DNA of 59,067 nt, filler included, from Sphacelaria rigidula (lineage: Eukaryota), in NCBI GenBank assembly GCA_964200075.2. It is 3 parts of 3 records of this genome, joined end to end, with 100 filler letters (N's around TTAATTAATTAA, not from the genome) between each part and the next. Parts side by side here need not be neighbours in the genome. Positions count along the whole stretch, not along the records: positions 19,739 to 39,356 come from CAXNAA020000638.1; positions 39,457 to 59,067 come from CAXNAA020000639.1; 1 more part is not named here. One strand, written 5' to 3'. The position numbers and the translations under genes are program-made. This document shows positions 37,631-50,370 of the stretch, piece after piece (position 1 is the stretch's first letter; each line of letters begins with the position of its first letter). The notes under the pieces were generated by a model. The model worked only from the letters and a program-made list of their open reading frames with translations, was not told where the DNA came from and searched no databases.

Positions 37631-39356
37631 ACATGGTAATCAAAAGCGTATAAGGGTTAGTTTTATGATACAATGCCTGTTTCCTTTCTAGTGTAGTTCT
37701 CGGAGAACCTAATTATTGGGCAAACGATGCGATCAGGTACACAGTACCCGCACACTCGGGTAAAAAAAAATAGGGACAACCTCCACTTGGTGTGTATGCC
37801 TATTATTCTGCCATGTAGTTGACCAAAGAAGCGGACTATGTGGTCATGGCTACACCGTATTTGATGTGCTAGTGTCGGATCTTCTTTCACCCATACCTAT
37901 TCCTCTGATCAGCTGTTCTCCGGAAAGAGGCAGAAATCGTACCTGACCTTCGCCATTCATTCGAACCCAAGGGTCATCCTTGGCAACGGCTCTTTTTCCG
38001 TGAGGAGGCGGATATTTCTGCAGAAGTTGGGCTAGAAAATTCCACGGTTTGGACGACGAAACTCGTGATTCAACTCATATCCATCATTCCAACGAATAAA
38101 TCATACGATTCGTGCGTCGTGCAGTACATGTCAAAGGTACATGCTTCTTACCTTTTCCGTGAATACCGGGGTAAATAATGGGCACATAGTCACCCCGTAC
38201 ACTGCAAATTTGAATGAATCGATTGTCCATGCCACGCACTTCTTACCATGAGTCGGGACCGTCATGTACAACTTGCTTGACCGAGTCCTCCGAGATTAGC
38301 GCCCGTATATGTTTCCCACCTTCGGGTTAATGCGGAACCAACAATTCATACATGTTGAATCTGGCCAATACATGGGCCCTGAATCACGCGTAATTTCCTC
38401 CCAGCTGCAATGCGCGCAAGATGCCTGCGCTGCATATGTGTTATCCATCTTCGACTCAGCGGCACCGCCTATTTATACAGGTTGAATCTTGTCATTTCAT
38501 GCGGAGTCAACTCGTATAAACTCTGATTCGTCCTAACCGTGGAAAGCTCCCGGAGAACGAAGTTTTTTTAGTACACTAAAAACGGCGGGTATTTGGGGTA
38601 ATCTGTGTAGGCAGATACGAGGCAGCCTTCACTTCATACCTGGGCATCGCAGGCCTGTAGAAAACGCACCTAGTTCACGAGCACATTCTAGCACCGGCAT
38701 GTCTTGGGGCCGTGAGGGCTTGTAGAGTATCCGGCCGAAAGCCGTCATCGTAGGGTGGCACCAATGCTGCGGCAGTCCGTTTGCCCTTCGACCGTCAGGT
38801 TGATTCGTGTGTTAGATCCTGGAATGGGTTCCATATATGGCCCACTGAGATAAATTATTGAGGTTCAAGTACTTCTTGGCGCCGTGTGGTTGGGCCAGGA
38901 CTGAAGGCACCACCGCATATCCAATCGCTCGGCGAAGACTCCGTTGCGCTCATTTCCACGACCCGATCCAAACCCCTCACACATTCTGAGCGAGGGAGCT
39001 ACGTTTGAAAACTGTCTATCAGCTTCTCCGTTCTCCACCGGAAAAATGAGAAAACGACGGGTGTATTACCCAAACGGTTCTAGCTCACTTGCTACAGTCC
39101 ACATCCTACGTCCGTATCATACCAGTACCGCAAACACCCGGCATCATCATGCAAATCTGGAGCGCAGTACAGTCGGGGTGTGTTCAGTATCAGGGCTGGT
39201 TATGCATGCACCAGACTACGTAAAAGCAGCAGTACTGATTCTCGGGGGTGGGGCGTCCTCATTTACGCCCCCCCCCCCCCCCCCCCCCCCCGCCCCGCCC
39301 CCCCCACCCAACCCACGCGCGCAAAAAAGCAGCGGCAGCCACCCACAACCCAGAGC

Positions 39357-39456
39357 NNNNNNNNNNNNNNNNNNNNNNNNNNNNNNNNNNNNNNNNNNNN
39401 TTAATTAATTAANNNNNNNNNNNNNNNNNNNNNNNNNNNNNNNNNNNNNNNNNNNN
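39357..39456. other. Assembly gap with a TTAATTAATTAA spacer
   Basis: N runs; preceded by low-quality poly-C. Confidence 0.97.
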
Positions 39457-39662
39457 GAAGATTTTAATCCTCCGGGTTCTCATCCTCAATCAAAAGCACC
39501 ATCCTCAACATAGATGATTGGCTGTTATTTATAGTCTACTTCTTTGAAAGAGGTTCCGAGTAGGATATTGCTGGAGGAGGCGTGTTGCCACGATTTGTCA
39601 ACGAAAGATACTCGAGCGGAGTATTTGGGCCACGTAAGCTGTAAAATATCTTGTGTGCAAGT

Positions 39663-40090
39663 AACACGGGATCTTACATATTGGGGATGACGAACCCGGA
39701 GAATTAAGATCTTCGTATCCACACCCAATCTTCGAAATGTGGTCCCATTTCTTCACCTACTGATAGCTATTGACAACTGCTACACGCGATAGAAATTTGG
39801 ATTACGATTACCGAAATGTTGGGATCCTAGGTGAAAAACCAATTTCGGAACCATTTTGGCGTCCGTTCGGACACCCGAAATTCCACAAAATTGGTATTTT
39901 CACCAAGGACCCCAACATTTGGGCGATCGTAATCCAAATTTCTATGGCGTGTGGCAGTTGTCAATAGCTATCAGTAGGTGAAGAAATGAAACCATATTTC
40001 GAAGTTTTGGTGTGGATAAGAAGATTTTAATTCTCCGGGTTTCTCATCCCCAATAAATAATCCATCCCCAAATTCGTAAGATCACGTGTT
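39663..40090. repeat. Long foldback palindrome (MITE-like)
   Basis: ~200-bp arms, e.g. CATTTCTTCACCTACTGATAGCTATTGACAACTGC / GCAGTTGTCAATAGCTATCAGTAGGTGAAGAAATG; centre GTCCG-TT-CGGAC. Confidence 0.9.
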
Positions 40091-41616
40091 CTGTGCCGAA
40101 TCCCAGTGTCAGGACCAGGATCAGGTGTGTTCCAATTATGCACGTGGAAAAGTACACACCTACAAGGAAGAGCGCCCTCCCGACAGCACAAAACCAGTTC
40201 AAAAGAGAAAGCCGGGGTTTACAAGTTGTGAACCAAGATCATGAAGGTGAGTATCTTGACATGGTAGTCTACCGGTACTAATTCCATGACTATCTCTCGA
40301 CTTAGTTTCATTCCCACGAAAACAAAAGATCTATTATGGACCTGAAAATCTATTTTCTCGGTGAAGTGCAGTTCGGCAGATCACTAAACCAGGCTAAATC
40401 CAATCAAAGAAACGATGCGCGCATCAAATCAATGATCGCCTTGTGGACGGAAATATCTAAACCTGTCGTATTGAGGGACAAAGAAAATCATCCGTAACAC
40501 AAAACCAGCTCGCTACTGCCTGCAATAATACGTACACATACATACGTAAGAGGGCTTTGCTCATTGCTGTAAATGAGCTCACGGGGACGTCCGCCGCATC
40601 ACTAAACTTAGTAAATGAAACCAGAACGAGACAAGCAATACCAGCGAGTACATTGCCATCGTAAACGTATCATAACACAGAAGTAACCAAGAGCCATTCC
40701 AACTGCTGTACCGTTGTTAGAGCAAATTTACATCGTAGCCACGGGCCCGTGTCACGTCGCCGCGTATGCTTACCCTGTATGTGCCAACAGGTATCTGACT
40801 CACACACTCAGCGCGAGGAACCCCAGAAAATATTTTCCATACCATGCAGTATTCCGTACACGTGCTCTTTTCTGCAGCGGATCTTCAGAAGAGCATCTCG
40901 AGTATGTCAGGTGGGCTAACGGGTGATAACTTATTACTTACTACAACAGGAACACCTTCCTCCAGCGCACTAGTACGTCACACGAATGGTGTACTCGAAA
41001 ACCTTGCGCGGACACACGACTACATTTCACTCTGGACCAGAACCCTCTCCGAGAAAATTGTTTCTCGTGTAATCATAAATGTGCCCACGCACACTGTACA
41101 TATACCATTTCCACAACAACAGCGGGGGGCATCTAAATATTATTCGACATGTGATGGGCCTAAAGCTCTACACGTAGACGGCTTGCATTGTTTCCCCTTT
41201 TGAAACCCGAGGCGGCTATTTGTTCCAACCCGAGTGTACAAGACAGGAGGCAAACAAACCTTTAACCGGGAGCCACGACGCATTCGGACGTTTCTAGGGA
41301 TTACATACTAATATATTTCAACTACACCTCCGATAAAAATCTGAGGACACAACGATACATTTAGTCGCCAAAATTCCAGAACCTGCATGGCCGACAAGAG
41401 TCGTGGTAGTCAAACGTACGCTCGCAGTGCGTGTTCTCGTCTTACGGCATTTTCTTATTATCGTTTCAAATACACAAGCGGCGGAATTAGCTGCCCTAGA
41501 TACCCACTCCCCCGCCGCGGCTCCACAAACGGCTGCTACGACGTTTCCTGCAGAGAGCCATCACCCCCTAAACACGTCAAATGCTACTACCCTGCCGGGT
41601 GAATTCGATCTGCTAT

Positions 41617-42042
41617 TCAGCCGCACTCGACCACCTGCACCCGACACCCCATGGGCAGCATGAGTTCCCCCTGAACATCTCTGTACCTCGGCGGTAATGC
41701 CAACACCCTCAACCCTACTGGCCAATCGACCTCTTTGATAGATTGTGCGAAGCGCCCGCACAACCACACATGGTGCAGCCACGCAGGCCACTCCACACCA
41801 CTCAAAGACTGATTGAATCCGTGGTAAAATCGCAGGTGTCTCAGGGTCTGCGGCCAGACTACCCCCTGTATGGGCTGGTCAAAGTTGTGTCCGAATTCCA
41901 GGTGTTGGAGCGTTCTTGGCCAGGCCTTCACCCCCTGGATAGGCTGGTTGAAGCCGTACCCAAACGATAGCAGCTTGAGACCCTGCGGCCAACTTTTGAC
42001 TCCCTCGATCGGATGGTTGAAACGGTTCCCGAAGCTAAGGTG
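41617..42042 (-). CDS. FNIP-repeat protein, terminal exon
   Basis: About five L.FG..FNQPI.GV.WP..L repeats; CAG acceptor, phase 0; TGA stop at 41619-41617. Confidence 0.88.
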   Translation of the reverse strand, partial: HLSFGNRFNHPIEGVKSWPQGLKLLSFGYGFNQPIQGVKAWPRTLQHLEFGHNFDQPIQGVVWPQTLRHLRFYHGFNQSLSGVEWPAWLHHVWLCGRFAQSIKEVDWPVGLRVLALPPRYRDVQGELMLPMGCRVQVVECG

Positions 42043-43102
42043 CTGTCGGACGGGATGAGTACGTGGGTTGGGTGGTGAAGGGAGAAAACGCAGTAAAGAT
42101 ATGCACGGCAAAATCTTCTCGAGTCGCATTCCGCGCGTTGGTCATGATTCATTCCTAGAATAAGCAGAATGTTATAACATGAAACTTACCCCGGGATAAC
42201 AGAAAAGGGGCGGTAGGTGACAACCAACACCACGGCCAACAAATTGCAAGTGCCGGCCGTAGCAAGGTTTGACACTAAGGGGAAGCGACAGCTGGCCAGT
42301 TTCACGGAGGATGTTACCACGTATCCTGCCACAAAAGAGAAGACGGGTTGTTGAGACCCATTCCCGCGGGTACAGCTGCTGGCATGTCCCTCAATGCCGG
42401 CAAATGCGGGATGACAGTGCAATGCAAGCTCCACTGGAGGGTGGCTACCCTGCCTATCTTGATTCAGACGCTCCCCTCCGGAGGCACACAGTTCAACTTC
42501 TGCCCAGGTCTGAGCTAGTCGTCACGAAACTGGAGAAAAGATCCCACGAGTTTCAAAAACAGATAGCATCAGGCTTGGCGACGATGAAATGAACGGATTT
42601 CAACACAAAGGGCACCCAAACGTTCGAGGTGTATCACCCAATATCGAACGAACTGGCATGATAAATGTAGTCATCGACTAGAGGAAACAGTATCAATGTG
42701 TTTTGGAACAAGCACATGACGAGTATTCCAGCACACATATCGCAGCTTGGGCCTCTAAAGACCGTTCTAGGCGATGTGAACAAGTGTCATTTTTTTCAAT
42801 TTTTTCCCGATTGCGATCACTTTCCATGACAACTTTCCGAAATATATGTATACATATATATATGAGCAATGCTACGGTAGGGGTGCTCTTTTTTCGCGAT
42901 ATCTTGTCTGGTTCAGGGGCTCCTCGCGGTTCTAGACGCACAAGAATATGGGTCCGGGCATCCCCGTTTGCAGATTAATTCCGGATACTCCCAGCACATT
43001 GGAATAGTAATCCTGGCGTAATCTCGCATATTTTCATAAGTCATGTTTCAGATGAGATGAAGGGCTCCTAACAATTCTAAACTCAGAATATATATATATA
43101 TA

Positions 43103-43768
43103 CAAGGATCGGACGGGGCCGCCTGTCGGCGGCTCCGTCCTCCATGATAGGCGTGGAAAAGGATAAAATATGAAAAGGAGAGCTTGTAGGTCATGACTCC
43201 TACCAAGAGATTAAGCCGAGGATATGATATGTGTATTGGTAATGAAACTCATTCATATGAGAGGAGTAGGAGAAGGAAGATACGGCATGGATGTGATATT
43301 ATTGAAATTGAAAAACGCGAGACACAGAATTGAGTAGAACGAAATAAAAGTGTGAAGAATGCCGAACACCCGAATGTGTCACCGACATTTTGTTCTGATA
43401 AAAGAAATAAGAGTAGAACCCGGAGTAAAAAGTAGATTCGTCATTGAAGAGTAGGAGATTGTACAGAAGTTGATAATTTGCTTACGAAAGAGCAAAATCT
43501 CTATGTACAACAGTCGGTTAAAATCTGATCCAACATATACGACATTTACCGAAAAAAGCTTAGACAGTAAGAAGTACACGACTACATATACGGAGGCTAC
43601 GACGGACCAAATGGGCTGCAACCCACTGCGAGAAAAAAGTCTGATGGGACAACGTTTTTCCTGAAAAAAACTGCTCGCAAACAATCGAAGAAAGTAAAGA
43701 CGGAAACGTAAAAGCACACGACAAAACACTCGCGAAACAACCGGTGTCACACTCCCACTATGTATATA
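43103..43768 (-). mobile_element. Probable non-autonomous Helitron
   Basis: On the minus strand a 13-bp GC hairpin (43111-43140) is followed 4 nt later by CTTG|T inside a (TA)n tract; the AT-rich 5' end is approximate. Confidence 0.6.
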
Positions 43769-43799
43769 ACTCACGAAAAAGCAATGTGAACCATTTCAA

Positions 43800-44590
43800 T
43801 CGCTCCGGTGTACACCTTTCGGTATATATGTGTATGTGCGCGCACCAGCCGGGGTCACACAGGAGCTTGTTTTTTTTATCTCTTTTCACTGCAGCGCTTG
43901 CCTTTATTTTTTATCGCGAGAACGGTTCAGCAGTCCCTTTCCCTCGTAGTCGATTTTTTATTTTTGTTTACTCTACGACATGTTCGTCCTCCACTGTTGG
44001 GCATGGTGTGAGGGGCAGACGTTAATCGTAAAAGAAACTTCATGCTAACAAACACACAAAGTCAAGAAGACGTGAATCGGCATCATCCACAGTGTTTTTC
44101 AAGATAAAATGATGTCGATTCTCAAAGTGACCCGTCCAACACCCCGAGAAACATTTTCGCCAAAAGAGTGAACTTTTACCATAGCATGGCTCCGGTGTAC
44201 ACATTTCGGTATATATATGTGGGCGCACCAGCCGGAGTCACACAGGAGCTTGTTCTTTTTGAATTTTTTCTAGTACGCCACCTTCCTTCTGCGGTACTTG
44301 CCTTTGTTTTTTACCGCTTACTGTGCAATCGAAATATCCGGGGACCGGACATTGAAATGTACGCAGAGGACGTTTCGTGAATCGGCATCATGTTCACTCT
44401 TTCTCAAGATAAAATGATGCCGATTCTCAGAGTGACCCGTCCAACACCCCGAGAAACATTTTCGCCAACAAAGTGAACTTCTACCAAAGCATGGCTCCGA
44501 TCTACACCTTTCGGTATATACATGTGGGCGAACCAGCCGGGGTCACACAGGATTTTTTTTTGTTTTTGTTTTTAGTACGCGACCTTGACC
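43800..44590 (-). repeat. Three partial SINE copies; 44071-44315 and 44376-44590 form a ~305-bp tandem duplication
   Basis: GCTCCG..TACAC.TTTCGGTATAT...CCAGCCGG.GTCACACAGGA occurs three times; CGTGAATCGGCATCAT...AAACATTTTCGCCAA occurs twice. Confidence 0.85.
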
Positions 44591-45677
44591 TTGCTTACGA
44601 TGGCAAACAATCAAGACAGAAAGCAAGACACAGGAGAAGGTCGTGGGAGTTGACCGGAACAGAAAGCGGGTACTACCGTCTATTACGCGCAAACTTTCAA
44701 ACACAGGTTAGGTCGTTCACACAAATGTGATGTCTCCTGTATATTCGTGTATGCATGTTCCCGTTTTTCAGAATCAAATTTCCGTCTTTTAGACTTCAAG
44801 CGTCAGATCCACGATCAGAGTTCCGCGTATTGCCTATCAGGCGCAAACTTTCAGGCACTCAGAGGTTGGGTCGAAGGTCGAATCTCGCCCTCGTCGATGG
44901 TGACCGGTGATGGAAAAACATTGCATTGTCTCATCATGCTTTCGTGAATGAAAAATGTCGCAGGGTGAAGTAGAGCCGAAGGGTTTTGTAAAGTGTACTG
45001 TTTTAAGAGTAGGTCTACTTGACCCGCTTGCGCGCGTTCACACGTAATCTTAGTTAGACATATATAGCCGTTCATTTGCAATAGCGGATTATCACGTCAA
45101 GAGTTGGTGCGCTGGTAGATGAGCATACTCGCTGTGCAGAGCGAGTCGAAGTTGTTCCCGGTGGGTGCTGCGGAAAGCAAAACACGGAAGCGCACAACAG
45201 TGCACGCAATAGGCATCACACCACGTGCAAACTCCGTACACTAGCGAGTTAAGGGGTCAGTCTCGCAAAGGCGTGAAATATGCGGCGAGATCTGACTTGT
45301 GGTCGTTACACTATTCGAGGACGTTCAAGCAAGTCAGCACAATTCCGACCTTCCGAATTCAGCCGTGTTTGGTGAATCACACAGCGAACTCACCCCCGCC
45401 TGCAACTTTCTATCGTGGTGCGTGTTTTCACCCCTTATCGGGCAGGGGTCGCCACCAGAAATCAGGACGGATACTTGTTTGAAGCCCGCCGAGTCCAGCA
45501 CTGCACTGCACCCACAATGATTGCCCTGCACTGAATAAACGATCCCGCTGTTCTCATGGCGGTGGTGGGCGCTGCAGTGCTGCAGCGTCGTTGTGAGACT
45601 CCAAGATGGGATGTGGAATGTCCCAAACATTCATGTAAATGTAATTTTCCCGTTTCTCACATCTGAACATGGAAAGG

Positions 45678-46070
45678 TGGAGCTCGGAACTGGTACCAGT
45701 TATGACTAGCCATCATTATAATGGTAATAATGGTAATGGTTTCATGAAAATTTTGGATAATGGGTTCAAACCATTATTTACCGTTCCCGCTTCGTATGCT
45801 ACATGCCAGCCCTTGAACATCGGCCAAAATTTGATGTATTTCTTAGCTCTAGTAAAGCCAAATCGCGAAAAACGTGCCTCCGGCACGACGCCTCCAGCGG
45901 AGCCCTCCGGGGGCGCCTCCGGCGGGGTCCCCTCTGCCGGGGGAGGCTTTTTGACTCGCGACTGCGCCGCTCGATGACCAAACTATTGTGTACCATTTAA
46001 CTGGTTAATGAGTGCGCTATGCGTAACCATTCAACTAGTTGATGGTTGAGCAAACCATTTCCGAGCTCTA
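45678..46070. mobile_element. hAT-type MITE, 393 bp
   Basis: TIRs TGGAGCTCGGAACTGG / CCATTTCCGAGCTCTA; perfect 8-bp TSD TGGAAAGG at 45670-45677 and 46071-46078. Confidence 0.9.
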
Positions 46071-46200
46071 TGGAAAGGTCGATGGAAAACAAACAGAAGA
46101 TCAGAGGACAGAGCAAACAGAAGTTCCACCGTGTAAACAACATGATGAACAATCACCGGCATTGGAGCAGAGATAACTCCCACTACATAGCTCTACACAC

Positions 46201-46453
46201 CTCGAGACCGTCGGGCCACGCGACGCCCTCGATCGGTTGGTTAAACGCGTGTCCGAACCGCAATTGGCGCAAGCTGTCAGGCCACTCGACAGCGTCGATA
46301 GGCTGATCGAAGTCTTGCCCCATCCACACGGACATCAGTCTACGCGGCCACCGTACGGCTTCGAGGATCTGGTTGAAGTGTGCGCCGAAGGATAGTCGTA
46401 CAAGCCCTTCCGGCCAGGCAACCTCTTCGTCGATCGGGGCGTCCAGGTGGTAC
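46201..46453 (-). CDS. FNIP-repeat protein, internal exon
   Basis: About four FNIP repeats; CAG acceptor, GTGTGT donor; splices in register as WPDGLE|HLSFGNRFNHPI. Confidence 0.88.
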
Positions 46454-47782
46454 CTGCGGAGTCCAATCATTGCACAAATGGTATAAGGGGTGCTTGGATC
46501 TTCAGTTCGTCGACCAATGTCGCTTTGGGCTGATATTTTCGACCCCCTTCAAAAAGTACCCATGGCTAGATGCCACGAGTTTTTGTTAGCTCCTGCGAGT
46601 TCTTGGGTGGTTTCTGTGGGTGTAAATGAACGCTGATTTCACATGGCGCCTTCTCACTTAAAAGCTTTAACGACATGAGCGAAACCGGTCCCCGTTACTG
46701 CTGGGGTATTCGTTGAACACAAGCTTTCACGATTCTCTTTAGCCCTCTTGCCTGCCAAGTACGATAGTCCCTCTTAGTCCGTGAACGCCACATTGTCAGT
46801 GTTTCGTTGCTTAATTCCGACTTGTGAACGCTTGTGCACCGGTGGAACACCTGACGTGCTCCAAGTACTTATTACCGAGTCGCGCTTATAGACGAAGGTA
46901 TCGCGTGGGACGTTGTCACGAGCCACCTTGAAGAGTGTCAACAAGTTCACGACATCGGCCTGTTGTCCGTGGTTCATCACAAAAGTACTTTCCTCCTTTA
47001 CTGTCGGAAATGCGTGCCATTAACATGAGCTTTTTCGGTATTGAGCATATCATGCGCTAAAAACTTCGGATTGTGGGGGTTTTCTATGTCAGGTATGGGT
47101 ACTATACTATTTTCTAAATAACCTTGTCCAGAGTGGGACATTTTCAGACCCGCGCTCGTGCGGAACATTCGGAAGTGGCATGCATAGCTGACGACTTCGT
47201 TATATCTCGCAGATGCACACCAATGCGGCCTAGGGCCGAAGATGGGAAGTATGTATTCATCATCCATTCTCACGAACGCGATGTGGGAAACATGTGCATG
47301 AATCACGTGATTCATGCTGTATGAGTCATAGTAAAATAAACAGCTAAAAGAATCACTCTAGGCGCGCAGATGCGTGCTGTGCCATGCTGTACCGTACTGT
47401 CCGCGGACGGCAGAGTACGCCGCCGGAATTTTCCCCGAAACTCCCGCGAGCATGCGAGAACAACCCGTGTCGGTGCTGTGTTCTTCGCAAGTGTTCGTAG
47501 TATTGTATACTGTATCTTTAGATTAGCTGTACCACAGAACACGACATGAAACCACAAAGGCTGTCAACAGCATTGCCCGGGGGGGAAACTGGCTGGAATA
47601 ACCGCTCAGGGTACGCAGACGCGGGTGTTGTACAAAAGTGTATGGATGTGTCACGTGCGAGTACAAAGTTTGAAATTGGGTTTACTGCGGATTTGGCTCT
47701 GAGGGGCTTGCGACCTGTACGCTCTCATCTGTATACCCCACCTGCAAAAGGCCGCGCCACCGAATAGTCGCACCCAACGAAA

Positions 47783-48190
47783 CGACAGGTGGAAAACAAC
47801 ATGTTCACATGGTTTCTACCATATGAACAGAAGGTGGAGAACATGTACGCATGGTTCACGCTGCATGATTGAAAAGTGGGAAACGTGTACACTTGATCCA
47901 TCTTGTATGAGTGGAAGGTAGGGAACATGTACGTATGATTCATGCTGCATGAACGAAAATTGGGGGTTATTACGTTTGATTCACCTCCTATGGACGGAAG
48001 GTGGAGAACGTGTGCCTACACTTCATGTTGAATGAATGGAAATTGGGAAACATGTACCTATGTTCCACGCCATACGACTGGAAGGTCAGAAATGTTTACC
48101 TTTGATGCTGTACCGCACGAATTACGACCTGGGAATGCGTACACTTGAAGTGATGCAGTACGAATCACGACCCCAAACATGTACAAGTCA
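47783..48190. repeat. Degenerate 42-bp minisatellite (~9 units; two more at ~47238-47326)
   Basis: Consensus approximately GGAAGGTGGGAAACATGTACNTATGATTCATGCTGYATGAAT. Confidence 0.85.
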
Positions 48191-49237
48191 CAACTGGTGT
48201 AAGAATCGCATGATTGCTTCGTCCAAATGTTGAATATAAGTCGAATCACGATTTTATTCGTCCCAACTGTGCTTCTTCGACAGATTTGGGCACGCCTTCG
48301 ACGAGTCCTTCAGCTCTGCAAGGATGATGCCATAGGTAATACAGTCAGCAACAGCATATGCCCGCGTGCAACTATGGAATAGATGTGGCCTATTACTACT
48401 CTTGTACTCCCCCTCGAAACCCAACATAACTTTCAGCAGGCGGGGACTGCTGCCAAAACAAGCACATAATTCGCAGCATGTCAAGTATTCATTTGATAAA
48501 CAGAAGAAACATATCCGGCATAAACCGTGTTGGTGGTCCGTTGACATAGCTGATTTAGATGCGCGTGTCGAACACATCGCGATCCATTCACATGTGACAA
48601 TAGGCTGTAGGCTGCACAACATCGCATGCTTCGTGCGCATTGTAAGTTCGGAGAGTGAGGCGCTTGATCATGGGGTCTCTATTGCCATGCATCGTGCTTA
48701 GTACCGTGCAGTTAACACAGTTGCAACTTCGCACGCAATGTTACATAGCCTGATGTGCGAAGGGCCATGATACGAGCGAGACGCGCTGCACTAGGGAACT
48801 GAGGCTATTCAAATTGCCGATTTGTTTGCATCAGTACAACCGGGTAGGATTACCTCTGGCGTGCTACTGTTGGGTGCAACCGGCTCGTCCACGACGGGGT
48901 GCCTACTCTGTATGCGCATCTCACGTGGGTGTAGATACGTTACATGTCTTTCCACAACCGTAGGCGTCTGTTAATATTGAGGCAATCAGCCAGGAGATGG
49001 TGAGGAACAGTATCGATATCCAAGAGTTCAATTCTTGTCGAAGAGAGCGGTATGACCCTTTTTTGTAGACATGAGTTCGTCATAATCCAACGTGTCGAGT
49101 CAAGAGTCAAGTGAAAGAAATAGTCGCCATAATTTCGTATATCCTCCAAACAAATGATCATGCTGGGTGAATGCTGAACACGAACGGAAATACTCTCGAT
49201 CTACTACAGAGCAGCTATACCGCCCCCCTCCCCCCCC

Positions 49238-50370
49238 GTGAAGCAGCTGGAAGCAATACAGACCACAGCAGCTACGAAAATACTTGAATGCTCAAAAGCG
49301 ACGATAAATACAGTATTCAGAGGAGAAACAGTAATGTGCACACTTGGATCATTGACATGGCAACATAACATAAGCAACATGCCAAGAAAGAGAGTGCCAG
49401 CCGTAGTTGAAAGGGCTGCATGTGTGTGTGTGTGTGTGTTGTCATCCCATCTATTCTGGACGCCAGTCTACACCTTTCGGTATATGTCGGCGCGTCAGCC
49501 GGGGTCACAAAGGAGGAAGGCAAATAGAGGAGTTTTTTTATTCATTGTTTTGTTTAGTACCCCAACTTTCTTCTGCCGTGCTTGTCTCCTTTTTTCCTCG
49601 CTGTATGGAAGAACCGAAGGGCAGGCTGAAATGAGGTGGGATGGCGTACTCGAGAACGTATGGAAGAAAATAGGAGGAAACCAAAACGAGATAATGTCCA
49701 CAGGTGAAGGTAGAGGATACAAGACAAAAGCAAGAGGTTTGATAGAAGGGCAAAACAAGCGCCAAGACAGGAGGTGGACGAGGAAGAGCACCTCAAGATA
49801 ACTGCGGGGTTGAAAGAAGGGATGGGGATGAAACGTATCTACACGGCTCATTGAACTACGCGAAGAGGTTGAAAATCGCATTGTCTAGTAGGGACCTGGA
49901 CCTGCCAGAAAGAAGAAGAAGATACACCAGAAGTCGGGTGAAGGAGAAAGTGGATGCGCAGAATTGCTCCTCCGGCAGAGCAACGGAGTAGAACTCATGT
50001 AGTGACAGCGTACGAACTATACACGGGGGAACGGGGCGTGTTGGAGGGGGGGATGTGGAAACTAAACCAAGGTGACATGAAATCATTTGGTACATTAGAA
50101 AGTAGCGAGAAAACGGTCGCTATACAAATAGATGGTGGCCACAGACGGCGAAACAAGAATGGGATACGACACGTACTTTTGTTTCTTGTACGATGATACG
50201 TAAATGGTTTTGTACCACGGAAGAAATGTGAAGAGCACCCAAATGCAAATGTTGGAGGTATCTCCATTAGAAGTAGGAGAGGTGCTCCGTCTCGAAAGGG
50301 ATGCGTGGTCAATGGTCAAATGACTAAGGCGAGCAACAAATGAGGACGCGCCCCACCACCCCTTCCCGCC
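49238..50370 (+). mobile_element. 5'-truncated C-tail LINE copy with a nested SINE
   Basis: KILECSKATINTVFRGE is homologous to 20501-20845; C-rich tracts at both ends. Confidence 0.88.
49420..49600 (-). mobile_element. 5'-truncated SINE inserted in the LINE
   Basis: (TG)n plus GTCATCCCATCTATTCTGGACGCCAGTCTACAC; flanks GCTGCA/GCTGTA resemble a TSD. Confidence 0.85.

Noticed and set aside
37640..38950. Possible decayed coding or viral sequence
   Set aside because: The frames I translated are full of stops and show no recognisable motif; it would need a TBLASTX search.
47783..48190. CRISPR-like array
   Set aside because: No invariant repeat with unique spacers, no cas genes, and a eukaryotic context.
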